Shown here piece after piece: positions 14,131 to 27,838 of a DNA stretch of 64,000 bases; within the stretch, counting starts at the first letter, position 1; every line of letters begins with the position of its first letter. Source of the stretch: Octopus bimaculoides (taxonomy: Eukaryota); NCBI RefSeq assembly GCF_001194135.2, contig NC_068990.1, positions 59,847,939 through 59,911,938 on the forward strand, read 5' to 3'. The position numbers and the translations under genes were made by a program. The notes under the pieces are model-generated. The model searched no databases and was not told the DNA's origin. It saw only the letters and a program-made list of their open reading frames with translations.

Positions 14131-14315
14131 TTAACCCTTTAGCATTTAAACTGGTCATATCTAACCCAAATATTCTACCTGCTTTATTTTCAAACAAGCC
14201 AGATCTGGTCTCTCACACCTATCCAGCAATGTCAGTCTAAAAATAAATAATCACATTGTTGAAATCTTGAAGCTACAAGATAATGCATGATTAATTGAAA
14301 ACAATATTAATAAAA
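14131..14315 (+). mobile_element. Truncated copy of the TTAA MITE
   Basis: TTAACCCTTTAGCATTTAAACTGG start, internal match to 32921-33148, right end missing. Confidence 0.7.
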
Positions 14316-15211
14316 AAGATTAAAGGTGTGTGTGTATGTGTGCCTATTTAAGATATATATATGAGTGTGTGTTTATTTATATACATATTTAAATATATAT
14401 TTAAATACTATAATACCTGGCCTTGGGTGAAATAAGAAGAATGTAAGCATATTTCTTTTATATTTTTGATGTTCAGAAAAGGTAGCCAGGATGTCTTCAG
14501 ATTGGCTATTTCATGAGTTTGGATTGTTCCTCGAAGAAATACCTGACTTCCTTTCAAAAGCCATTGCACAGAATCTTCAGTTACTATACAAAAACTTGCC
14601 ATAAACTAAGCTAGCACAATAGTGGATATCCTATTTTGGATATTTGCACATTTCATTGCTTGTCATTTGTTAATACATATTTTATGCACGATGTATTTAT
14701 AGAAATCCATAGCATAGAACCTCCAGTTTATATATACATTCTGTTAATGCCATAAAAATTTGGAAATCTTGAGAGGACATGAAATAAATCTTTTCTGGAA
14801 CAGAGAAACTTAAAGTAGTAAAAGCTATAAATAATAACTCTTTGAATACAAAGCCTTTGGATTTTTTCTATCCAAAGGATTTTTTTAAAATCCACTATCT
14901 ACAAGCTATCATATATAGCTTGAAGTTTCTGAATTCTTATGAAGTGAACAATGTATAATTCACATTGGTAAGTATAAAGTTTCTAAAATAGGTATAGAAA
15001 TTCAAAGGCTTACTTTGATCCAGTAGAAGAACATCTGCTTGTGGGTTTATATCCAACAAACAGCCTTCAAATTTTTTTCTATCCAAAGGGATTTTTAATC
15101 TATTTACAAGTGATTATACATAGCTTTATTTCCTTCAAGTTTCATTGTTTCAAAAACAGCTATATACATACATACACAGTAGCTAATTTTTGGCTAATAT
15201 ACATACATACC

Positions 15212-15245
<34 letters not shown>

Positions 15246-15514
15246 CACACACACACAAATATATATATATAGCTGGTGCCACGTAAAAAGCATCCATGCC
15301 AGTGCTGAATGACGGCATCCAGTACATTCTGTAAAGTGGTTGGCATTAGGAAGGGCATCCAGCCATAGAAATTATGCCAAAACTGACATGGTCAGCTCCT
15401 GTCAAACTGTCCAAACCATACCAGCAGGGAAAATGAACGTTAAATGATGATGATGATGATAAACTGTCATAAATTAGGCTAGCACATTAGTGGATAGCCT
15501 ATTTTTGGAGTTAC

Positions 15515-15845
15515 TCATTAAGAAGCTTGCTTCAAAACCACATAGTCCCAGCATCAGTCTAATTGTGTGGCACCTGTGGAATGTACCTCCTACTAAAGTC
15601 CTGGGCTGACTGAAACTTTGTGGCTGAATTTCGTAGAGAGAAACCTATAAATTCCTATGTATGTGTGTGTGACTTTTAGTTTGTGCTTGTCCTCCACCAC
15701 TGCTTGATAACCAGTGATGGCCTGTTTACATTCCCATTTGTTAGTGGTTTGTCAAAAGAGACTGACAGAATAAGCACCAGATTTTAAAAAATAAGTATTG
15801 GGGTTGATTTGTTTAACTGTCCAATGACCGAGACAATTGAAAGAC
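15515..15845 (+). mobile_element. Same SINE family
   Basis: Diverged head-core-tail match. Confidence 0.75.
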
Positions 15846-16371
15846 AAAAGATAATACAACATAGATGAGAAGAACTGAAATGAACCTGTACAATGCGCAA
15901 CTATGGCTGAATCAAGAACAATGTAAAACATGTTCCTTCTGAGCTTCTGATGAGTGGAAAGTGGTGAAGCAAGTCTATCCAACTTCTTTCCCCTATATAG
16001 CAGCTTAGAATCCCCAACTGCTATATAAAGCTGACACAAATTAGGCAAGCACATTGGTGAATAACCTAATTTGCATATATGTGCTTTCTTGAAAGTATGT
16101 CATTAATAAAACAGTTTATATTTTATGCACAAGGTTAGAATCAGAAAAACTGAAATGAATTTTATATATTGCAAAACTGGCTCTGTTGTAATATGTGCCA
16201 GCCTCATTGAAAGGTTTCCATACAAAATGTACGGCATTGGTCAATGTGAAGTATTGGTAGATGACCCTTGCCAGTAGAGCTGTGCAGCGGCATTGAACCT
16301 AGAACCATGTCATTGTGAAGTAAACTTCTTAACCATACAGCCATGTATACATCCCTATATAAATCTTGTAT

Positions 16372-16740
16372 GTATTTCAGTCATCAGACTGTGGCCATGT
16401 TGGGGCACTACCTTGAAGAACTTTTAGTCAAATGAATTGACCTCAGTACTAATTTTTTCTGTTTTTAAACTGGTCTCTTTTGCTTAAACACTAAGTTACA
16501 GGGATGTAAACATATCAACACCGGTTGTCAAACGATAGTGGCTGGACAAACACAAAGAAACACCCACTCACACACACAATGGGGCTTCTTTCAGTTTCTG
16601 TCTACAAAAATCCACTCACAAGGCTTTGGCCAGCCTGAGACTATAGCAGAAGACACTTGCCCAAGGTGCCACACAGTGGGACTGAACCTGGAACTGTGTT
16701 GTTGGGAAGCAAGTTTCTTACCACACAGCCATACCTGCAC
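16372..16740 (-). mobile_element. Same SINE family
   Basis: Reverse-complement match. Confidence 0.8.
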
Positions 16741-16940
16741 TTAAATGTGTGTGTGTGTGTATATATACTCACATATATACACACTGTCTAACATGGTGTT
16801 ACTAGATTACAGAATTGAAAGATGAATAAGAAAAATTTATATACTGACACATGTACGTATAAGTTATTCAAGGATTAATTGGCAAGGCTATGTATTTCAC
16901 ATGAATGCTTCACATTTCATTCAACTCACTGCGCACTTAC

Positions 16941-17325
16941 AGTGATGCTATCTCCTCGTCACTCTCATTTAAAAGAAAGAAAAAAAGGAAAAAAGGAAGA
17001 AACCAACAAACACATCTTCTTACTGATTTGCACAAATGTTAAGAAATGCATCAAAACTGTAGTGCAACCAATTGCAGCAGAAGCTGCCACTGACTGCAAA
17101 CTCCACCCACTTAACAGACTTATTAAAGAAAATGTCATTTTTCAGCAGGCAGCAGCCTTTTTAACTGTCTTTAAATCCATAACTTTACTGCCCACTGCTA
17201 GACATAAGAAAAAATTCCCCACAAATGATTAATCAAGCGAAAACTTCATACAGAAGAATGGAAGAACTATACAATGTCACTTTCGTTCAAAATAGCAGCC
17301 AAACATAAAGCTTTTGCATACAGAA
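16941..17325 (-). ncRNA. Candidate internal non-coding exon (385 nt)
   Basis: Long polypyrimidine tract plus TTACAG acceptor (AG at 17327-17326) and CACT|GTAAGT donor at 16940. All three minus frames have stops. Unique, non-repeat sequence. Confidence 0.5.
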
Positions 17326-17769
17326 CTGTAATAACACAAAGCAAAAAAGAAAACATATAAATACAAAATTAAATAATGTCAGTATTTATATCAATATGGG
17401 CTGCAAATGATGCATCTTTTCCAGTTGTATTGTGTTTTACTCTAAGTACATATGAATCATGAAAACAAACTGTTTGTTTGGTTTACAGAGAAACACAATA
17501 TATGTTGAATCAGCAGTTTAGTAATTAATGGCGGTGGTGAGATTTAGTACGGTTGAAACACCAATAAAACCTTGATGTACATACACACACACATACAAAA
17601 AAAAAAGTATAATAATAACAAATGAATTAAGTTTTATGTTGTTCTTAGTTATTCTAGAAACAAAATCAGGAAGATTACATGCTTAAAAGAAATCATTTTA
17701 ACAAAACTGATACTTTAAAGCCTTTCTTTTTCACAAACTGCTGTCAGCAGTTTTCTCTTATAATATATA

Positions 17770-17801
<32 letters not shown>

Positions 17802-17811
17802 NNNNNNNNNN

Positions 17812-17868
<57 letters not shown>

Positions 17869-18721
17869 TCGTTGTCAATTCATAACTTGAGATCTACATA
17901 GAAATATGACAAAAACAAAAGAGAGACAAGAAACATTATCTCGGCAAATATTTTTACTAAATGTAATCCAGACATATTACAACTTATTTTCGCAAATCCA
18001 TAAGGCAAACTTACAAGCAAGAAAACTTTAAAAATAAAAACATGTAAATATAAAGACACACACACATATAAACACAGACATATGCACACATGTAGGCATA
18101 CACATTCCCACAAGAAAAACTAAATGTACGTTAAAGATGACTTGGAAGATATATTCCCCCCACTTCATCGTTAAAGACTATAAAATAAAAAAAAAATAGT
18201 GAAATGGATGATAAATTTGCTACATGGACTGTTTCAAATATATGAATATTGTATTATATATACATACATATAAATTATTTTGTTCTTTTACCAATTTCAG
18301 TCATTCAGGTGTAGTTACAATGGAGTACCACCACAATATCCGTTTTACCAATGCACTAATGCATATTGTATTTAATGGAGAAGATGGTTCCATATTGACA
18401 CCCTAATCTCTATCTTCGGTTGTGATGTAGGCTCAAATGGGTTTATGTAAAGCAAGATGTCCAAATTCTTTTTAAAAGTTTTGACATAAAACCCACATAC
18501 ATCCCTCATACTTTCAGGGAGAACACTGAAGATGTGGACCCTCAAAAGCCAGGTTTTTTCAGTGCTTTGGTCTAATGTTTGAGTGAAGGGAAGGTAAACT
18601 TCTGAAAAGTGCAATAGCAACTGTTTCAAAGATTTGCATAATTTCCAATGCTAAAGTTTGGTACTAGTCACTCTAGTACTTTTCAGTTATGACAAGACAG
18701 CATATTGCGCTCTTAAGCATT

Positions 18722-19005
18722 GTGGAAAGTGTGTGGCCTAGTGGTTAGGGTATTGCACTCACGATTGCTAGATCAATGGTTTGGTTCCCAGACTGGGCAG
18801 CAAGTTGTGCTCTTGTGCAAAACACTTCATTTCATGCTGCTCTAGTAAGCTCAGCTGTAAATAGGTAACCCTGTGCTAGAATCGCCGTCTGATTGGAGGA
18901 AATGTTGGCCTGTTTGCCTAGCCAGCAGGGTAGCTAAAACAATGCAGAAGTGCACTGTGATCAGCGATGTATAACAACATCTGATAGTCTGGGTGGTCAT
19001 GTGAT
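18722..19005 (+). mobile_element. tRNA-derived SINE (related heads at 9830-10030 +, 42900-43070 +, 57545-57785 -)
   Basis: TGTGGCCTAGTGGTTAGGG head and shared CTTGTGCAAAACACTTCATTTCA body. Confidence 0.75.
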
Positions 19006-19199
19006 ATATATATATATATATATATAGGACACCCTCTTTCCCGGTTCTACCTTTTTCAAAGTGATATTATTGATACTCGGCGGAGTGCTATCATTGACAA
19101 GATAGGACTTGCCCCAGCCACGGATGGAGAACCATGCAATATTCTTCTAGCCATTATAAATTTGCTTCCAGTCCACAGAGATTATCCTCAGAGATGAGA

Positions 19200-21990
19200 A
19201 AGTAAAATATTAGTTAAGAAAGCCACTTCTGAAGAAGACCTTGAATCATTCTTGTCTAAGATCTTGAATGAAAAGTGAGCTTTCAACCAATATCTATCAC
19301 AGCTAAATACACCAATGTTGACAGTAAAACACAAGCGACCCTGAAACTTTGACTTTAGCTACATGCAAACTACATAATGGGAACCACCTAGAAAAGACCC
19401 AAGAATTGGATACTAGTACAAGAGCATGGCTTTCCACAGAAAGCTATTTATATTGATATTAAGAAGAACTATGGAAGGCCAAATTGACAAACCAAATTGG
19501 CTTGCTACAATATGGATGGAACTTGTAGCCAAAAATGAAACCATCAAATTGGCAGAAAACTATAGGCCCATCACCTGTCAAAACATTATGAAAAAGCTAT
19601 AACACAAGCTGCCTCAACCAATTTTTCCACAATTATTGAGACCAACAGCATAGTGACTGATGTGCAAGTAGTTAGAAAGAAGGGAGTGTGAAGATATGCC
19701 AAACAACTTTTGATAAACAAAACTGTGCTGTCCAAAACAAGGAAACACTACAGAAAACTTGTGGCTTGATTATAGGAAAGCATTCAACTCTACTTCCCAC
19801 TCATGACTGCTGAAGTCTCTTCCCTTGATAAAAGTACTTGCTGCCTTAATCACTGTCATTGAAAGGCTCACAAAGACCTGACCAACAATCCTCACACTCA
19901 TAATTGAGAATAAAATGATTGTCTCTGAAGTTATAAATATTTCAAAAGTACTATTCCAAGGGGATAGTCGTTTTTGTAATTCTATCTATTTTGGCAATAA
20001 ATTGGTTGTCATTTCTTTTACAAAAATCTAGTGGCTACATGTTAAGGTCTGCAACAGCTAGAGATACAAATGTAACCCAGAATTTCTTCATGGATGACCA
20101 GAAGGTCTATGCTAAAAATGTTAACAATGTCAAAAAACAGCTGGAGTTAATGATAATATTTTCAGCTGAGATAGGAATGGAATTTCGCAAAAGACATATT
20201 CATATTTGACCATGGAACATGGAAAGTCAACCTCTGAAACTCAAAATATGTGCATCAACAGTCTCTCTGTTTCTCTTGTTCCACACAAAGAATGCTACAA
20301 ATGCCTAGACAATGATGAAATACAAAGATAGACTGACCTGAAAATATTACACAAGACTTAAGGAAATAGGGCAGTCAGAGCTATTCTCTTATAACATGAG
20401 AATTTTCCACAATGCATTAGTAGTACTAGAATATTCATTTGAAATATTTGATTGGTCTGTAGAGGAAATCCACTCCATAGGCATTAAAACTGGCAAAATC
20501 TGGACATCAACTGGAAACTTCCACAGAAACAGTGATATAAACAGGTTCTACTTCAGAAAAGTGGAAGAAGGTGGAGAATTAAGATTGGTGCAGGCAGCCT
20601 TTGAATGTTGCATGGTATCTCTCAGACAACACCTGCTAAACAAAAGTAGTAAATATAAATCTATAAATCTAGTGCTGAAAAGCAAATAGAACAAAATTGT
20701 ACATGTTGTCAGTGAGCTCCACAAAGAGCACTCCCTTCTTGACGACCTCATATACAACATTAAAATAGCTGGATCTTGAAGAAGACTTTGATGTGCAATG
20801 CTCAAAATACAAAAAAAAAAAGAAGGTATGTTTCCTGAAGACTTGAAGATGACACTAATATTAACATAAAATACAGCCTTTCTTGAACTCATCATACTTC
20901 AAAGGCTTAAGCCATTACAATCCAAGAGCAGGAGATTGTTATCAAATACCTAATAAACAAAAGAGACAGTGAAGCTCTTGGTTCCCCAAGATGCAGCTGA
21001 AAATGTGCATATGCAACATTTTTGTGGAAGACATCACACATGTCATCAGCAATTGCTCTAGATGTCATCAGGAAACTAAACAAAGCAACACAATATTGTT
21101 GTTGAAGCAATATCCAATGTCATCTGAAATTAGGATTGCTCTTGGATAAATAAAGAAAATCCTACTCTCATTGAGTACAAACATAAATGTCGACACAAGA
21201 AATATTGGTAGAACATTCTCATCAAAACTTCTACCAAGTGCAAACATAATAAGCTGAGTATAGTTGCTTGGGACAAGGAAGAAAAAGTATGTACTATCTT
21301 GGAGGTCAGCTGCCCTCCTGATGTGAATCACCATTATCATCAGCATTTAGCATCAGCTTTCTATGCTGGCATGGGTTAGGTGGTTTGGCTGAAAGTAGTA
21401 AGCTAGAGAGCTGCACCAAGTTCCAATCTGATTTGGCATGGTTTCTATGGCTGGATGCCCTTCCTAATACCAACCACTCCAAAAGTGTAATGGGCGCCAG
21501 TTACATGACACCGGCATCAACCACAACTAAGATTTCACTTGGCTTGACAAGTCTTCTCCAGCATGGCATATCGCTGAAGGTCTCAGTCACCAGTCATTAC
21601 TTCCATGAGGCCCAATGTTTGAAGGGTGCTTTTTATGTGCCACCAGCACAGGTGCCAGTTATGTGACACCGGTTTCGGCCATGACTATGATTTCACTTGG
21701 CTTGACAGGTGAATATTTTTAAGCTCAATAAAAGAAGAGAATACTAATAGACCAGCTTCTATATCCAGATCATAAATTCACATTTATACCAATAATAATT
21801 GGTGCAGTTGGTTTTGTTAGTAAAAGCCATGGTGAAAATCTGGAAAAGCTAGGATTTTCAGGAAAAAAAAAATCAACCAGCTAATTCACACATTACAAAT
21901 ACAATTTATAAGAGGAAGAGTAAACATATGCAAGACTCTTCTCCAGTTCGTGATGAAAAATTGTTTTTTTATCTACATTCCAATGATGGA
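19200..21990 (+). mobile_element. Degenerate R4/Dong-like non-LTR retrotransposon (RT + zinc knuckle + restriction-like endonuclease), interrupted by a short element
   Basis: Frameshifted RT motifs (ENYRPITCQNIM, QLLINK, DYRKAFNS, LFQGDS, NFFMDD) and a C-terminal IVAWDKEEKVCTILEVSCPPDVN RLE motif. Confidence 0.85.
21329..21708 (-). mobile_element. RTE-tailed short element inserted into the R4/Dong LINE
   Basis: GTGAAT TSD at 21323-21328 and 21709-21714. Confidence 0.8.
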
Positions 21991-22528
21991 GCTTTATATC
22001 TTTGTTGGAAACCAGCTAACATAATTAAAAATAGAGGGGAACATACATACAGACAATCATCATAACTACCATCTCAGTGTTTACTTTTCCAGGACTGCAC
22101 GAGTCGGTTGACATTCATCTAGGTAGATTTTCAACAACCAAATACTCTTCCTGTCATTAACTTCTCTTGTCTTCAAGAAAGAGGACATTTCCCCTAGGCT
22201 GACAAATTTTGTTTCACAGAACACTGACAATGACAACATTTATATGATAGTCATTTTCGCTTACAACCATCATGTGATATCAGGACATGGATAAACATGA
22301 CAAACACATATTCAGACACACATACATGTAAATACAAACATACACACACACATATACACAAACATATGCATACATACACAAACACACACATACATACATA
22401 TATATATATATATACACACAAAACACACATATATATACACAAAACACACATACCTACATATGTACACATACATATATACAAATACACACACACACATACA
22501 TGTAAACACAAACAACTGCATAAAGAAG

Positions 22529-22980
22529 TGCCAAGCTTTAATTGTGGAGGGTACCTGTGGAAGGGGTACCCAGGAAGACATGGGATGAGGTGGTGAAAAA
22601 GGATCATTGAACGTTGGGCCTCACTGAGAAAATGACAAGGGACTATGAGATGTGGCGATTTGCTGTACTTGATAAGACGTGTCAAACTAAGTAAAATTGC
22701 TGTCTTCCACGCATATAGGCTTGTCCTTTCAGGTGCCAGTGCCACATAAGAGACACCAATACTGGTGCTGCATAAATGCACCTGTGCCAGTGGCACATAA
22801 GAAGCACCCAGCACACTTAGTTAAGTGGTCAGTGTTAGGAAGGGCATCCAGCCATAGAAATCATGCCAACACAGACAATTGGAGTCTGGACAGCTCCAAG
22901 CTTGCCAGCTCCATGTCAAATCGTTCAACCCATGCAGCATGGAAAATGGACTTTAAACGATGATGAAGATGATAATGATA
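22529..22980 (+). mobile_element. RTE LINE 3' end with (GAT)n tail
   Basis: KCQALIVEGTCGRG..RKTWDEVVKKD, followed by the family 3' end GGAAAATGGACTTTAAACGATGATG. Confidence 0.8.
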
Positions 22981-23019
22981 TATATATATATGTGTGTGTG
23001 TGTATATATATGTGTGACA

Positions 23020-23550
23020 CATAAATAGCACCAGCGTGATCGTTACCAACGTCGCCTTCCTAACACTTGTGCTAGTGGCACGTGAAAAGACATTCGTCCA
23101 AGATCGTTCGTTGCCTTCTTGGCACAAGTGCCAGTGGCACGTGAAAAGACATTCGAGCAAGATCGTTGCCAGAGCCGATGGGCTGGCCCCTATGCAGATG
23201 ACACGTAAAATACACCATTTCGAGCGTAGCCATTTATCGTTACCAACGTTGCTCCCTGGAACTTGTGCCAGTGGCACGTGAAAAGACATTCGAGTGAGAT
23301 CATTGTCAGTGCCGATGGACTGGCTCCTGTGCAGGTGGCAAGTAAAACTCACCATTTCGAGCGTGGCCATCGCCAGTTCTGCCTAACTGGCCCTCGGAGT
23401 GGTTGGCGTTAGGAAGGGCATCCAGCTGTTGAAACTCTGCCAAATCAGATTGGATCCTGGTGTCGCCTCCTGGTCCACCAGTCCTCAGTCAAATCGTCCA
23501 ACCCATGCTAGCATGGAAAGCGGACATTAAACGACGATGATGATGATGAT
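23020..23550 (+). mobile_element. RTE-tailed short element with internal repeated units
   Basis: GTGGCACGTGAAAAGACATTCG x3 and 3' GGAAAGCGGACATTAAACGACGATG. Confidence 0.85.
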
Positions 23551-23618
23551 ATATGTATATCTATATATATATATATATATATATACATATATATATACAT
23601 ATACACATATATACATAC

Positions 23619-23639
<21 letters not shown>

Positions 23640-23654
<15 letters not shown>

Positions 23655-24250
23655 CTGTGTTTGACCCCCAACATCGCTTGACAACCGATGCTGGTGTGTT
23701 TACATACCCGTAACTTAACGGTTCGGCAAAATGGACAGATAGAATAAGTACTACGCTTACAAAGAATAAGACCTGGGGTCATTTTGCTTGACTAAAAGTG
23801 GTGCTCCAACCTGGCCACAGTCAAATGATTGACACAAGTGAAAGAGTAAAAAGAGTAAAAGAGATATACATACATACATATATATACATGCATACATATA
23901 CATCATCATCATCATCATCATCGTTTAACGTCCGCTTTCCNNNNNNNNNNNNNNNNNNNNNNNNNNNNNNNNNNNNNNNNNNNNNNNNNNNNNNNNNNNN
24001 NNNNNNNNNNNNNNNNNNNNNNNNNNNNNNNNNNNNNNNNATGGAAACTGAAAGAAGCCCATCATATATATACATATATGTGTGTGTGTGCATGTGTCTG
24101 TGTGTGTCTGTGTATCTGCATATTCAATGGGATCCCTTCAGTTTCCGTCTACCAAATCCACACATAAGGCTTTGGTCGGATCGAGGCTATAGTAGAAGAC
24201 TCTTGCCCAATGCAGTGGGACTGAACCCTAAACCTTGTGGTTGTGAAGCA
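23640..24250. mobile_element. SINE pieces: 3' half (+) 23640-23862 and 5' half (-) 24041-24250
   Basis: Matches to the abundant SINE family. Confidence 0.7.
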
Positions 24251-24714
24251 AGTTGTATACCTGGATACATATGTATGTCTATACATATATATACATATAT
24301 ATCATCATTATAAATTTAATGTTCACTTATACATACTTGCATACACATACAAATACACAAACATATATACACACACACACACACATATACATACATACAC
24401 ACATATGTATACTTATGTATAAGTATTATTAGTTGTAGCATTCGTTATGGTTACTGTTTAACTTCATGTTAGTGAAGGTGAAGCATACCTATACTCAAAT
24501 TCCAGACATGACTATCCATTTTTATTTTCTCTGAAGTATAATGTACTCTGGTCTATAATATTTAATGTGTGTTAATGGAAATACTAGGATTTGATCTTTA
24601 GGAGAATTTTCCAGCTATTTGTATCAGATGGAATGACCATATAGCATATCTCCTGGTGTTCCCAAATCACCATTTGCCTTTTGTACCTTACAAGATCTAT
24701 AAAGGGCCAGTGCA

Positions 24715-25080
24715 ACTATTCTGTGCAAAAGGAGACTAAGGTGGCTTGAACATGTGAAGTGGATGGATGACAACAGAATTCCGAAACAGTTGTTATATAG
24801 CGAGTTAGCTCAGGGTAGCAGATCCAGAGGATGACCAAAGTTGAGATTTAAAGATACATCTAAAAACAGCCTGACCAAGTGCCATATTGATGCAAAGCTT
24901 TGGGAAAAATTAATTGAAGGCAGAACAGCATGGGAAACCTCAGTGAACAAAGGAGCCAAACAGCTTGAAGAAAACATCCTGGCCCACAAAGCAAAACATC
25001 AAAGAAAGAGAGACAACACACTGTAGCCCTACAGCACCTTCCATGGTTGCAGATTTTGCAGCAGAACTTACTCATCAAAC
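24715..25080 (+). mobile_element. RTE-clade LINE 3' fragment
   Basis: RRLRWLEHVKWMDDNRIPKQLLYSELAQGSRSRG*PKLRFKDTSKNSL. Confidence 0.85.
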
Positions 25081-27299
25081 ATAAGAAAAGATTAGCCTTG
25101 GAAGAAGCTGCAGAAAGAAGACTATGAGAACCTAATTAACCCTCTGGAGACCACAGGGTTGATCTATCGGCCAAAAAGTATTAGTTCATTCAATTTCCTA
25201 CAAGACTATATGTGGTTTTATATATGTAAAGTAATTACTTTATATTTTATAATTTATTTGGAAAAATAAGTGCATGCCCTCTGTAGGACTTGTGAAAAAG
25301 GCTCTAAATGAGGCTCTGTCTCCACCACTTAAACCATCTGTCAGGATGTGAAGAGCTGAATAAAGAGCTGGTATTGTTGTTAATACAATCTATTAAAACT
25401 GTTGCAGCTGGTGTCCCAGCATGGCCATAGTACAATCTCTGAAACCAGTAAAAGACTATACCATTATGTATGTCATAAGCAGTGAACATGTGTAGGAAGT
25501 GAAAACTCACTGTGAAGTGAGTAAACAGCAGGAGTAATCTTCAGAGGAAGAACTCCCATCAAGCAAGTGTATTGGCTTGTACACATAAACATACCAAGTC
25601 AAGGCTAGTTTGAAGGAAACCAAAAGTGGTTTCCAAAGGTTGTCTGAAATCAACTATTTTAGTAAGTAACTAACTATAAAAACTGAAATGCTGTCACGGA
25701 AACAGTGATGATGAAAAGGAGTGGAGGAGACAAACAAAGAAAATGTTTAATGATCCACTCCTATATCATTGTTACTATTAGTAGCCAAATGCTCTGATGT
25801 AACAGACAGCATGCAGATTAGTTTTTTTTTTTTTTTTTTAACCTTATAATAATAAAATGCTTTCCGTCCTTGATCATCACCATCATTTTATGTCTATTTT
25901 CCATGCTGGCATATGTTGGAAGGTCTGACAGGAGCTGGTAAGGCTAGGAACTGCACCAGGCTCCACTCTGTTTTGGCATGGTCTCTATGGCCTAATGTCC
26001 TTCCTAATGCCAAATACTTTAGAGAGTGTACTGGCTGCTTTGTAAGTGGCACCAGCACCAGTGTATTTTACATGGCACCAGCACTGGTGAATTTTATGTG
26101 GCACCAGCACCAGTGCTTTTTACATGTATTTTATTTTATTATTTTCATGCAGTGCATCCAAGACCACATATACCAATTGTTACTTTTTTTTCAAGATGGC
26201 AGGGTCTATTTTAAAAAATTTAGCTGCTAATTCTACTAGGCCACCAACAAAACTGAAACAGGCTCTCTCTCTCTCATTGGCTTGATATCGGATTATTTAT
26301 TGGCAATGTCACAGTGATTATTAGTGCATCAAACAAAAAATATTTCATAGTATTGGCTCAGTACTGATTACATCTTTTTATGCCCAGATTAACTTCGCTT
26401 TTTACTTAGTAGATTTACATAATAATAAGTACCAGGCAAAGTACTAGGGCAGACACGATTGACTAAAACCATTGCAGATGATACCCTAGCATCACCCAAA
26501 CAGTAAAAGAATATATCTTATACTAATCTCATCATTATATAACATTTTAATCCTAGCTGATATTCACTAAGCCTATTTTCCCTAGATCCACATTACACAT
26601 CTTGTGGATCATTCTCAACTCATTTCTCTTGTAATTTGAGATTTACTGATTCCATTGTAGGACAGCATTACACTTCTAACTTCCACAACACACTGTTTAC
26701 CCTTTTACAGAATAAAAGGAAAAAAAAAAATCAGTAGGATTATTCTAAATCCTGCAATACAGTAAATGTCTTATGTGTAAGTTACTGCTTGTCTGTCTGA
26801 TGAAATTAAATTTCCAAGCTTTAAAAGTGAGCCAAAATGTTCCGGAACTAGAGTTATTTGCTCCAGAGAATTTAGTACAATCAAAGCATCAATACTTAGC
26901 TAATTCTAAGATCCTCTACATGTCCTATAAGTGCTAAATTGTCAAGACCATTAGACTATTCTAGGACAACATTTACAGCAATGGTAAAAATTGACAATGT
27001 AGTTCTAAAAATATGACCAGCGTCATAACACTTCACTTATACTTAACTATACTTCATTAACTATGCATATCCTGGATTGATTTTAACATTGTTAAACATT
27101 ACTCAAACAACCAATACACTTGTCCATACACAGCAGGACAAGTGTCATTAGATGATAATAGTTGATGTGCTTGTGTTTGCTTGATGAGAGTTAAGTGAGG
27201 GGAATGGCACTTGATGCATATAGAAGATAACTGGGTTGTTAACAAGGTAAAAACAAGGAAGATTTCAAACGACATAGAACATATCTCAGAAAGTCTCAT

Positions 27300-27712
27300 A
27301 GGCACAGGCACAGCTGTGTGATAAGAAGTTTGCTTCCCAACCACATGGTTCTAGGTTCAGTCCCACTGCATGGCACCTTGGGCAAGTGTCTTCTACTATA
27401 GTCTTGGTCTGACCAAAGCTTTGTGAATGGATTTGGTAGAGGGTAGCTAAGAGAACCCTGTCCTATATATGTGTGTGTGTGTGTGTAAGTACATGTGTGT
27501 CTTTTTGCTGTGTTTGTCCACCCACCACTGCTTGACAACTGGTGCTGGCTTGTTTACATCCCTGTAACTTAGCGGTTTGACAAAAGAGTACTAGGCTTTA
27601 AAAAAAAAAAATAAGTGCTCGGGTTGATTCATTTGACTTAAAAATTCTTAAAGGCAGTGCCCCAGCATGGCCACAATCTAATGACTGTAACAAGTAAAAG
27701 GTAAAAGATATG
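27300..27712 (+). mobile_element. Same SINE family
   Basis: Full head-core-tail match to 30700-31097. Confidence 0.85.
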
Positions 27713-27838
27713 AAAGTAAAATTTCATCATCATCACCATAATCCTCCACCTCCTCCTCCTCATCATCAGTGTCTAAATGTATACTTTTCCATGCTCGCAT
27801 TGGTCAGATGAGAGTTTGTTGGTGCAGAGCTTTTCTAT

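Noticed and set aside
15990-16035. Short hairpins (TATATAGCAG...CTGCTATATA; also ACACTTGTCC...GGACAAGTGT at about 27116-27145)
   Set aside because: The 10-bp stems are too short for pre-miRNAs, and I recognised no conserved bilaterian or molluscan mature miRNA by eye anywhere in the window.
16879-17232. 117-aa plus-strand ORF
   Set aside because: No recognisable domain. It is antisense to the well-bounded minus-strand exon, with a K-rich stretch derived from a T-rich tract.
23075-23300. GTGGCACGTGAAAAGACATTCG repeated three times with variable spacers (CRISPR-like look)
   Set aside because: These are internal repeat units of the RTE-tailed element, with irregular spacing, in eukaryotic DNA and with no cas genes.
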